A DNA stretch of 22,252 bases from Octopus sinensis (GCF_006345805.1 NW_021836989.1:1-22252), one strand, 5' to 3'; shown: positions 11,630 through 21,640, counted from the stretch's first letter. Numbers and translations: made by a program. The notes: generated by a model not told the origin, from the letters alone.

Positions 11630-11843
11630 AAGGCGGCGAGCTGGCAGAAACGTTAACATGCCGGGCGAAATGCTTAGCGGTATTTCTTCTGTCTTTGTGT
11701 TCTGAGTTCAAATTCCACCGAGGTTGATTATGCATTTCATCCTTACGGGGTCGACAAATTTAGTACCAGTTGCGTACTGGCGTCGATAAAATCGTCTGGC
11801 CCCCTTCCCAAAAATTCCGGGCCTTGTGCCTAGAGTAGAAAAG
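11630..11843 (+). mobile_element. Full-length SINE with the same head/core but a different 3' tail
   Basis: AAGGCGGCGAGCTGGCAGAAACG head, GAGTTCAAATTCC, core, tail GGGCCTTGTGCCTAGAGTAGAAAAG. Confidence 0.88.
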
Positions 11844-11859
11844 AATACACAGGGGGACT

Positions 11860-11990
11860 ACGTTCTGAATTCAAACACCTCTGATCCCGACTTTGCTTTC
11901 GTTCTCTCGGGGGTTTACAAAAAAATACCAGTTTTGCACTGGGGTTATATTAATCGATTTGCTCTCTCCCCAGAAATTGCTAAATTTTCT
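11860..11990 (+). mobile_element. Degenerate headless SINE fragment
   Basis: ACGTTCTGAATTCAAA..GACTTTGCTTTCG..ATACCAGTTTTGCACTGGGG aligns to the neighbouring SINE core. Confidence 0.7.
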
Positions 11991-12025
11991 GTCAAAATTT
12001 GACACCAATATACACACAGAGAGGT

Positions 12026-12027
12026 AA

Positions 12028-12074
<47 letters not shown>

Positions 12075-12230
12075 TCAGCAGCAGCAGTAGCAGTAGCAGT
12101 AGATGTTGTAGTAATAGTAGAAATTTACAGAAAAACAGTAGACGAAAAACAGTAGACGAAAACAGTAGACGAACAAGCAGATTTGACGCGTGGGAAGGTG
12201 AGAAAGTAGTAGTAGTAGTAGTAGTAGTAG
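12026..12230. repeat. (TAG)n tracts flanking three copies of a ~15-bp GAAAA(A)CAGTAGAC minisatellite unit
   Basis: Direct reading. Confidence 0.85.
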
Positions 12231-12420
12231 TAGAGCTACGATGGGTCAAAGAATTTAATTTGATGTACGTGATGAAATTAGCTTCGCAAAAATTCATAAA
12301 AGTATTTTATAAATATTGAAGGAAGCATTGCGACGAGTGTAGAGAAAGCACGTAACTTCCTGTTAGAAATAAATCAACGGATATTCGTCGGTTTCGACGA
12401 AGAGTACTCAGTTTTTCAAA

Positions 12421-12630
12421 CAAATACCTATTTCTTTACTACCCACAGGTGGCTAAACACAGAGGGTCAAACAAGGACAGACAAACGGATTAAGTCGATT
12501 ATGTCGACCTCACTGCGTAAATGGTACTTATCTAATTGATCCCGAAAGGATGAAAGGCAAAGTCGACCTCGGAGGAATTTGAACTCAGAACAGACGAAAT
12601 ACCGCTAAGCATTTCGCCCGGCGTGCTCAC
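12421..12630 (-). mobile_element. SINE, trimer-type tail
   Basis: Reverse complement matches the head, core and tail of the 11011-11612 unit and ends in GTAAAGAAATAGGTATT. Confidence 0.88.
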
Positions 12631-12639
12631 TGGTATTAT

Positions 12640-12911
12640 GTTTAAGTCGATGGCAATTCTACGTGCAGGTGTGTCCTTAACATGAGTCCTCGGGCAGGTT
12701 CAGCATGATGCAAGTGTCAAGCCCGCGCTTTTGAACTGCTGCTCCATCTGCCGGATTTCCACACAGTTTCCCACTATCAACTTTCACGCATAGGACTTTG
12801 ATTGACCGATGGTTATGATCTAAAAACACACGCTCGTAATGTCACGCAGTTGGGATCGAACCAGTAAACTCTCGATTGGAATGTACATTCTCTATTTGAT
12901 CATGACGCGTC
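12640..12911 (-). mobile_element. Diverged tRNA-derived SINE of a second family
   Basis: Minus strand has B-box GGTTCGATCCC followed by CTGCGTGACATT..CAAAGTCCTATGCGTG, homologous to the head region of 19885-20253; boundaries approximate. Confidence 0.55.
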
Positions 12912-13269
12912 TAACAGGAAAAAAAAAATTAGCAACCTAATTCAATGAAATCAAATAAAATATAATATGGTGGAATATAATAGAATGTAATATAATATAA
13001 TATATAATATGACATAATACAGTATAATTTAAGTGAATTGAAATTTATAATTTGAAATGTAATTTAAAATATATTTTTAAAATTTGTATCCGTTTTGAGA
13101 TTTTTTGTAGCTTTATTTTCATCTGACAGCTGCTTCTATAATTGTGTTTTTGGTTTTTAAGACCACCTACCTTTTTATCAACATAATTATTATATATGGT
13201 TTTTGTTCGCCAATATAAGTACGAACAAAAGACATATATGGAGATGATATATTTAGGTGTATTTATTAT

Positions 13270-13590
13270 ATTTTGAATAATATTTATATATATATTATAT
13301 ATATATTTTATATATATTATATACATATATATGTATCATATATAATATATATATATATATAATATCTATATATAATACATATATATATACATAATATTTG
13401 TATATACTATATATATATATATACATATATATATACATATATATTTGTATTATATATATTGTATATATTATATATGACATATGTGTGTGTGTACAAGTAT
13501 GTGTGTGTATGTATATATTTGTACGCATGTAAATACACACATATATTTATGTGTAAGATGCATATGTGTATATATGTGTGTGTGTGGCAC
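13270..13590. repeat. (TA)n/(TG)n-rich low-complexity tract
   Basis: Direct reading. Confidence 0.9.
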
Positions 13591-14072
13591 AAAGAATTTT
13601 ATAGTAATTGCTATACCAGGTAAATTTTTCGAATTATTGAAATTACATTTGCATCGAAGGAAAAGCATTCGAGTGTTAACTAGCAATTGCAAGCGACTCG
13701 CAGTGAGAAGAGGAAATATTCATAATCTGAAGCAATCAAAAAGTGTCCGCATTAAAAACAAAATCATCTAAAGACTGTCAACCATTTGTTTTCTGCAGAG
13801 TAAGGGATAGATATATTACTTTGTTTCTATCTTAATAAACGCCATTAGCACAGCTTTGCTACACATTCAACCACACATGTCATAAAACTTAGATATAAAC
13901 AAAAAGACGAGATGACATATATAGATTAGAGTAATTTGCCTAATTACATAAGCGCACGCTGACATACATACACGCACGATCGAGACAACTGTAGCAATGT
14001 GTGTCTATACATTTCCAGATTATATATATACATGCATATATACATATATATATGTGTGTGTGTGTATTCTTC

Positions 14073-14477
14073 CTTAGATCTCTTTTGAGTCTTGCGTTAT
14101 CCTGACCTCTTCAAATACCTTTACTCCACCCCACACCTTTATTCGCCATTCAACTCGATCCGAGTCAAGGGTTTCTATATCTTCTGGAACCATTCCAGGT
14201 GACTTCATGGTAGTCTTTAAGCCGATCTTAAACCTTTTTTTAGGTTTACACTGATAGCGTTTCCCTCTGCAAGCTCACCATAAAACAGCTGTTTCGGCAT
14301 GCGTTCTTCTGCCATTCCAACAATATGGCCACACCATCTCACTTGGTTCCTCAAAATCATAGCTTTAATTGAGGTGATGCCTGCAGAAGCAAGGACATTT
14401 GTGTTTGGAGTAAAAAAAAAACTCCATTTAATTTTTAATATGCGACGAAGGCATTTTTGGTGGAATTGTTCTAACAT
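14073..14477 (-). mobile_element. RTE-clade LINE 3' fragment (post-RT C-terminal region), decayed
   Basis: LEQFHQKCLRRILKIKW..RWCGHIVGMAEERMPKQLFYGEL then, in a shifted frame, KRFK..LKTTMK..DRVEWR; typical RTE/BovB-like C-terminus. Confidence 0.85.
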
Positions 14478-14725
14478 ATATACATATATATTTATTTATT
14501 TATATATGTTTTTATGTTTTTATGTTGGTATGTATTGCTAAATCTTCTATTTTATTGCGCGAAATGCGTTTAATAATGATATGTTTTACATACCATTATT
14601 CCAGACGAAATTTGTTTTCTTTATTCCTCTTTGAAAATTTCAAAATGCCCGTTACACATTTCAGAATTTTATTCTTATCACGACGTATAAACGCTTCCGA
14701 CCTTAGTACATAAAAGAACCCACTT

Positions 14726-14726
<1 letters not shown>

Positions 14727-14770
<44 letters not shown>

Positions 14771-14940
14771 CACACACACACACGCACACACACACACACA
14801 CACTCACACACACACACACACACACACACAACACATGTGTACACACAAACAAACAGACACAAATTACACGCACACACACACACAGAAACGAACACACACA
14901 AAACATACTCACGCACACACGCATACACGCGCACACAAAC
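14727..14940. repeat. (CA)n microsatellite
   Basis: Direct reading. Confidence 0.95.
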
Positions 14941-14948
14941 CATACGCA

Positions 14949-15363
14949 CGTGATTTCACATACAACTTGCGTCTAATGATCGTCAGCAGAACTGATTCTG
15001 AATACATCATAAATAAACATACAACTTGCGTCTAATGATCGTCAGCAGAACTGATTCTGAATACATGATAAATAAACTACCAACCTTACGTAGCGGAGAC
15101 GAACAGACAACTGCTCACTCCGGCCAATCACATGGAATGTTTATAAATCATATATCCGTAAATGGCGGGCTTTTAACGAACTGCATGTCGGGTAATGAAA
15201 AGTATTTCGGAATAAGTTTAACAATTAAGGATAATTCTCTTAATAAGGGATCTTAACAAGAAATTATCGGGTAGCTAGCGTGAAAACCTCATAAAAGAAA
15301 AGAATCCGAAAATAATTTTTTTCTTTTGAACAAATTAATTATATCTATATATTGTATAGAGGG
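14949..15363 (-). repeat. Inverted partial copy of the ~477-bp monomer, with an internal 59-bp duplication
   Basis: Reverse complement of 15487-15838; 14959-15017 is repeated at 15018-15076. Confidence 0.92.
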
Positions 15364-15789
15364 TGATACAGAACATAATTCATTTTTAAATGTCTTGCTT
15401 TGAAAAACTGCATTGGGTATGATTAGTATAATTTTTGGTAGTAATGACTTTGTCCCTCCTAGTGTGAGCATTTATGTGTAATAATGCCCTCTATACAATA
15501 TATAGATTAATTAATTTGTTCAAAAGAAAAAAATTATTTTCGGATTCTTTTCTTTTATGAGGTTTTCACGCTAGCTACCCGATAATTTCTTGTTAAGATC
15601 CCTTATTAAGAGATTATCCTTAATTGTTAAACTTATTCCGAAATACTTTTCATTACCCGACATGCAGTTCGTAAAAAGCCCGCCATTTACCGGATATATG
15701 ATTTATAAACATTCCATGTGCTTGGCCGGAGTGAGCAGTTGTCTGTTCGTCTCCGCTACGTAAGGTTGGTAGTTTATTTATTGTATTCA

Positions 15790-15857
15790 GAATCAGTTCT
15801 GCTGACGATCATTAACGCAAGTTGTATGTGAAATCACGGTGATACAGAACATAATTC
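15790..15857 (+). ncRNA. Extended type-I hammerhead ribozyme (predicted), junction 1
   Basis: Stem I GTTCTG(15796-15801)/CAGAAC(15845-15850), extended by GAAT/ATTC across an internal loop; core CTGACGA 15802-15808; stem II capped by GCAA; GAAA 15830-15833; stem III ATCA/TGAT; AUA triplet with predicted cut after 15844. Confidence 0.85.
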
Positions 15858-16266
15858 ATTTTTAATGTCTTGCTTTGAAAAACTGCATTTGGGTATGATT
15901 AGTATAATGTTTGTAGTAATGACTTTGTCCCTCCTAGTGTGAGGCATTTATGTGTAATAATGCCCTCTATACAATATAGATATAATTAATTTGTTCAAAA
16001 GAAAAAAATTATTTTCGGATTCTTTTCTTTTATGAGGTTTTCACGCTAGCTACCCGATAATTTCTTGTTAAGATCCCTTATTAAGAGATTATCCTTAATT
16101 GTTAAACTTATTCCGAAATAACTTTTCATTACCCGACATGCAGTTCGTAAAAAGCCCGCCATTTACCGGATATATGATTTATAAACATTCCATGTGCTTG
16201 GCCGGAGTGAGCAGTTGTCTTTTCGTCTCCGCTACGTACGGTTGGTAGTTTATTTATGATGTATTC

Positions 16267-16335
16267 AAATCAGTTCTGCTGACGATCATTAGACGCAAGT
16301 TGTATGTGAAATCACGGTGATACAGAACATAATTC
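16267..16335 (+). ncRNA. Type-I hammerhead ribozyme (predicted), junction 2
   Basis: GTTCTG 16273-16278, CTGACGA 16279-16285, GCAA-capped stem II, GAAA 16308-16311, ATCA/TGAT, predicted cut after 16322, CAGAAC 16323-16328. The distal stem I extension has lost a G relative to junction 1. Confidence 0.82.
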
Positions 16336-16587
16336 ATTTTTAAATGTCTTGCTTGAAAAACTTGCATTTGGGTATGATTAGTATAATTTTTGGTAGTAAT
16401 GACTTTGTCCCTCCTAGTGTGAGGCATTTATGTAATAATGCCCTCTATACAATATAGATATAATTAATTTGTTCAAAAGAAAAAAATTATTTTCGGATTC
16501 TTTTCTTTTATGAGGTTTTCACGCTAGCTACCCGATAATTTCTTGTTAAGATCCCTTATTAAAGATATCCTTAATTGTTAAACTTAT

Positions 16588-16986
16588 TATATATATATAT
16601 ATAATATTATATATATGATATATATATATATATATATACCTTCAGTAATGCCAACGGACATTACATATATATATGTAAATACATATATATATACATATAT
16701 ATACTTTATTTTAAAGTATACATATAAAGTATACTCCGGTATACATATATATATATATATACACGTATACACAAACACACACACCTACTTATAATCATAC
16801 ATATGCATATCGATTCGCATGTAGGCATGCATTCCTATACAGATACATATATCTACATATATATGTGTGTATACGTGTGCGTGTGTGTCTATGTGTGTGT
16901 GTATCCATATATATACACGTGTGTGCATGTATGTGTGTATATATATATATACCTATATATGTATATATGCATGTATATATGGTTGC

Positions 16987-17027
<41 letters not shown>

Positions 17028-17100
17028 AGACGCACATATGCATAAACTCATACGTTTTTGTACGTACTATGTATGTACGTACGTATGTATGCATGCATGT
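16588..17100. repeat. (TA)n/(TG)n/(TATG)n-rich tract
   Basis: Direct reading. Confidence 0.85.
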
Positions 17101-17543
17101 TTAGCACAGAACATTGTTTCGAGACATCCTGCACAGATCTGCTGACTCACGTCATCACTGAACGTTCTGTGGTGTATTCATCTGCACATCACCAAATACT
17201 TGAAGCTGTAATACGTAAACAAAAGACAAACCACAAAGGCCTTTTATAGACCTGAGATATTAAACAGGATTACAAGGTGTCGTTTCATGAAGGAAAAGCT
17301 GGCTCAGTTATATGATTACGTTTAAATAAGATATTCCAGGTGATAGTGATAAATAACTGTCCATTTCCGAGGAAGCCTGCTCAGCGTCACTGGAACACGA
17401 AAGAAGCATTTCTTTGTATGATTTCTTTCTGATAAATAAACAGTCAACGCTTGGAACACACAGACAAACAACCAACCGAACAAGCATACGCATACACACA
17501 TACATATATACCAAAACTCCTGAAAATTTATTATTCATCAGTA

Positions 17544-17583
<40 letters not shown>

Positions 17584-17593
17584 ATATATATAT

Positions 17594-17636
<43 letters not shown>

Positions 17637-17904
17637 TATATATATATATTGTCTTTTCACCTTGTGCTGTATTCAGTATTTGATGTGGGTTTAGAGTCAA
17701 GTTTTGACTGCTATTTCAAGCATGGTGATATCTCTTAGATAGCCTTATTTTTAATTTTAATAATTATTATAACCTATAAAGTTTTATTCTGTTCCCATGC
17801 TGCCATTTGATTTGATCACTATTTAAAATAACGATTTTATCCTTACTTATTTAGAAATTTTATACATATATTCGCTTCGTCATTATATTTATTATGGTGG
17901 TTTT

Positions 17905-17910
17905 TCGATA

Positions 17911-17974
<64 letters not shown>

Positions 17975-18094
17975 AGTTAATCCAAACAAGAAAACAAAAA
18001 AGACAACAACGCAAGGATGTGGAACAAATAAGTATTATTGGACGCTCAGGAAAGAAGGGGAAGAAGGAGGGTATATATACTATATACATAATAA

Positions 18095-18168
<74 letters not shown>

Positions 18169-18181
18169 ATATATATATATC

Positions 18182-18216
<35 letters not shown>

Positions 18217-18224
18217 TATATATA
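17905..18224. repeat. (TA)n tracts with a short unique interruption
   Basis: Direct reading. Confidence 0.9.
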
Positions 18225-18900
18225 AGTAAGGAAAATTTTTTTAAAAATGCAGATTGCTCAAATGAAAGAAAAATTTAATAAAAATGAGAAATTGATAAAA
18301 TATATAATATATATTATTCAAAGGTTTTCGTCATTGTATGACTTGTCAAGAATATTTATGTTTTAAAAAGTTTTTTTAAAAATTAGAAAGATAACGCAAA
18401 TGAAGCTAAAATGATAATTTTATAATTTGGGTTTTACCAACAGCCCTTATTGAAGAACTCAAAAGAGTTGTCTCCCCTTACTCACAACACAGGAACTGAA
18501 GAACCACAATTACTACTACTTCCTGTCCAGACAACATGCTGAATTAAACCACACAACACATGCTCTTAATCCCTTTGGATCTTAATACCTCAAGGTAATT
18601 TTTTCGTGAACAATCATAAAACTCAAGATACACAACGAACTCACAATGTATCGGAGTAATTATTTTTTTAATTTTTGTACATTTTTATCATTATTCTTTT
18701 GCAAAAAACAATGCAATTTTCTTTTTTTCCCCTTTCTAATTTTTAAAAAAACCTTTTTAAAACATAAATATTCTTGACAAGTCATACAATGACGAAAACG
18801 GTTGAATAAATATATATTTATATATTTTATCAATTTCTCATTTTATTAAAATTTTCTTTCATTTGAGCATTCTGCACTTTTAAAAAAATTTTTCCTTACT
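18225..18900. mobile_element. Non-autonomous foldback/MITE-like element with ~167-bp terminal inverted repeats
   Basis: 18225-18390 (AGTAAGGAAAATT..ATTAGAAAG) is an imperfect reverse complement of 18732-18900; TA on both flanks; ~340-bp AT-rich non-coding interior. Confidence 0.8.
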
Positions 18901-19058
18901 TATCATTTCTCCACGTGCGGTCACACAAACCCACATTTATTGATCTATATATTATATATATATATATATATAATATATATACGAGAGTGTGTATGAAGAG
19001 TCTTGATCTCAAAATAAACAAACATGATAGAAGAACTCAATATTTTATACAACCCTCG

Positions 19059-19098
<40 letters not shown>

Positions 19099-19349
19099 AC
19101 ACACACATATATAATATATACTATGTATATATATAAATAATATTAAAGTAATAAGAATTATAGAAATTATTATTACCAGTGGCCTAGCACAAAAAAAATT
19201 AGTCAATAGACTATATATTATTCACATAAGAATATCACGTACATTAAAACACATTAAGAGACTTCCGAACACACAAAATTGCACAAGGCTTTCCTATTTC
19301 GAAGCCTCTAAATGTGTTTTAATGTACATGATATTTTTATGCATATATA

Positions 19350-19406
<57 letters not shown>

Positions 19407-19824
19407 CATGTTTGGGGATTCACGGTCAAACTGCTGGATGGAATTGAGGAAAAAATTACACTGATGAGTAGAATGATCCGGTGGTGTTGCTGGGTTGTGT
19501 ATTTTTTCATAGTTCCCATGGTTACCGAGATAATCTACTATAATAATAATCTTGTGTTTATGAATGTGAAAGGAAGGAGTGATGTCATACTTGGTAGTGG
19601 GATGATGAAAATTGCACGCTGAAAATATACAAATCAAACTGCGTTTCAACTCTGTGTGTGTATGTAAAGGGGGTATGTAAATATATGTGTGCGTGTGTGC
19701 GCGGAATGGAAGTGAGATGGTTTGTCTTTGTTCGTTTAGTATCAGAACGTAAAGAGGTACGAAATGCCATTAAACACTTTGTCCAGCGTTCCAAAGATTC
19801 TGCCAGCTTGCAGTCTTTAATATA

Positions 19825-20250
19825 CAGGGTTGGCCAAAAGTCGCCGCACATTAAATCAAACCAATTTAATTCTCAAGCTTTATGGTGCGCAGAGGTGGCT
19901 GTGTGGTAAGAAGCTTGCTTCCCCACCACATGGTTCCTGCGTGGCACCTTGGGCAAGTTTCTTCTACTCTAGCCTCCGGCCAACCAAAGCTTTGTGAGTG
20001 GACTTGGTATATGTGTGTGTGTGTGTGCGTGTGAGTGCATGTGTGTGTGTGTATGTGTTTGTTGTCTGTGTTTGTCCCCCCATCATCGCTTGACAACCGA
20101 TGCTGGTGTGTTTATGTCTCTGTAACTTAGCAGTTCAGCAAAAAGAGACTGATAGAATAAATACTAGGCTTACAAAGAATAAGTCCTGGGGTCGATTTAT
20201 TCTAGTAAAGTTGGTGCTCCAGCACGACTGCAGTCAAATGACTGAAATAA

Positions 20251-20291
<41 letters not shown>

Positions 20292-20454
20292 ACTGAATCA
20301 ATTTAATAAAAGCACCTAAATATGAAACATCATGAAAATTAGTCAAACTTAAGTCCTTCTTGAGTGACACCATTTTCTCAAATGAATAGATAAAATTGAA
20401 TATTAAGTATTTATGGAATTCTGTTTTACCGTTGGGTGACTTTTGGCCAACCTG
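19825..20454. mobile_element. Tc1/mariner-type MITE interrupted by a SINE
   Basis: TA-CAGGGTTGGCCAAAAGTCGCC ... GGTGACTTTTGGCCAACC-TG-TA terminal inverted repeats with TA on both sides. Confidence 0.8.
19885..20253 (+). mobile_element. Composite tRNA-derived SINE (head, internal (TG)n, tail) followed by (GA)n
   Basis: A-box-like TGGCTGTGTGG, head homologous to the 12640-12911 copy, internal (TG)n, tail ending GTCAAATGACTGAAATAAGTAA. Confidence 0.85.
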
Positions 20455-20529
20455 TATACTCTAGGAACAAGGCTTGAAATTTGAGGGTCGAATACAATTC
20501 GATTTCATTGACTCCAGTGCTCAATTGAC

Positions 20530-20772
20530 CACCACTTTGTTATCTCCCCTTCTTCTTAGCTCTACTGTGTGACCCTTCTGTCCGGCCTTCGCCATGATAG
20601 ATCGCTAGCCACTAAACATTCTTTATTTTCTCTCCGTGTTTCTTTCTGTGTTCCTTTCTGTGGAAGAGCGTAGGCTCGAAACGTTAAAGACTTTTTCACT
20701 CCCCGAGCGTTATACTAATACATCTGTTTGTTGTCTATATCACCTATTTTCGTCTTTTGTTGTTTTTTCTGA
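20530..20772 (+). mobile_element. Putative Penelope-like terminal-repeat fragment with a hammerhead-like motif
   Basis: Contains GAAGAGCGTAGGCTCGAAACG, a Penelope-type minimal hammerhead signature; no coding remnant, so family assignment is an inference. Confidence 0.45.
20654..20689 (+). ncRNA. Degenerate minimal type-I hammerhead-like motif
   Basis: CTTT/AAAG stem I, core CTGTGGAA (non-canonical), stem II GAGC-GTAG-GCTC, GAAA, palindromic ACGT stem III. Confidence 0.45.
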
Positions 20773-20796
20773 ATTCTCCCTATATAGATAGATAGA

Positions 20797-20868
20797 TACA
20801 TACATACATAAATACATACATACATACATAAATACATACATACATACATACATACATACATACATACA

Positions 20869-20900
<32 letters not shown>

Positions 20901-20905
20901 CATAT
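20797..20905. repeat. (TACA)n microsatellite
   Basis: Direct reading. Confidence 0.95.
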
Positions 20906-20918
20906 ATAAATACATGCA

Positions 20919-20985
20919 TGTAGCGGTAACGTAAACATACCAGCATCAGTTGTCAAGCGGTGATGAGGAGAACAAACACAGAAGG
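20919..20985 (-). mobile_element. Fragment of the composite SINE tail
   Basis: Reverse complement TCTGTGTTTGTT..GCTTGACAACTGATGCTGGTATGTTTACG matches ~20062-20120. Confidence 0.7.
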
Positions 20986-21076
20986 AGCTTCTACAGGACT
21001 AGAACTGTTTCATTCAAAAGTACCTTATTATTGAGTACCTTATTTACTGTGGTTAACCCCGACTCAACCCGGGGCC

Positions 21077-21144
<68 letters not shown>

Positions 21145-21640
21145 ACATTATTGTGTGAATATGTGTGCATATATGTGTGTCTTTGTTAATCTTATCTCAA
21201 CAGAAAAATAAGCTATATGTGTGTGCTTGTGTATATGTGCGTGTACGTGTGCCTGTACGTTTACATGTACGCACGTATGTGAGCGTGTGAGAGAGAGAGA
21301 GAGAGAGAGAGCGTGTATGTGTGGGTGTGTATGTGCACTTAACGTTGGAAATATTAAAACATATCTTTTTTAACAATAAGCCATAAGACTTAACGCCACT
21401 GAATCATCTTGTGACAACTAATACAATCTAAAACATCAAATGTGAACAGGAATCCAGTAAGTTTGAAGATTCTAATACTTACAGTTTCTTGCCAGCGGAT
21501 GGTGCATTTAAAACAAGGAGATGCTACAGCAAAAGTTACTTTACAAGAAAGGAAGAAAATCTGGATATGAAAGCCGTTAATACAGTTCTATGTATATTAT
21601 TTATATTTGATGATATTTGTCCTCATCTTGTTTGTTGTTA

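Larger units (their letters stand above)
15363..16587 (+). mobile_element. Tandem array of ~2.6 hammerhead-bearing ~477-bp monomers (putative non-LTR retrozyme / ribozyme satellite)
   Basis: Units 15363-15838, 15839-16316 and 16317-16587 (truncated into (TA)n) are near-identical; the two internal junctions fold into type-I hammerheads; no credible ORF. Confidence 0.78.

Noticed and set aside
11060-11859. Regularly spaced repeats superficially like a CRISPR array
   Set aside because: Units are whole SINE bodies without unique spacers; eukaryotic context and no cas genes
13201-13230. 9-bp perfect hairpin TTTTGTTCG/CGAACAAAA
   Set aside because: Isolated, with no associated element ends or second copy in the window
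15026-15256. 76-aa ORF antisense to the retrozyme monomer (and the 60-aa ORF at 15289-15471)
   Set aside because: No recognisable motif; partly created by the 59-bp duplication or the inversion junction; no antisense hammerhead core found, so no support for an ambisense viroid-like coding replicon
15722-15754. A-box/B-box-like words in the monomer (TGGCCGGAGTG, GTTCGTCTCC)
   Set aside because: Both deviate from consensus and are too closely spaced for a tRNA-type promoter; better explained as a hairpin
19460-19545. CTGATGA motif
   Set aside because: No stem II followed by GAAA and no stem I partner
21483-21560. Possible minus-strand exon with a GTAAGT donor
   Set aside because: Several alternative acceptors and frames, none giving a recognisable peptide
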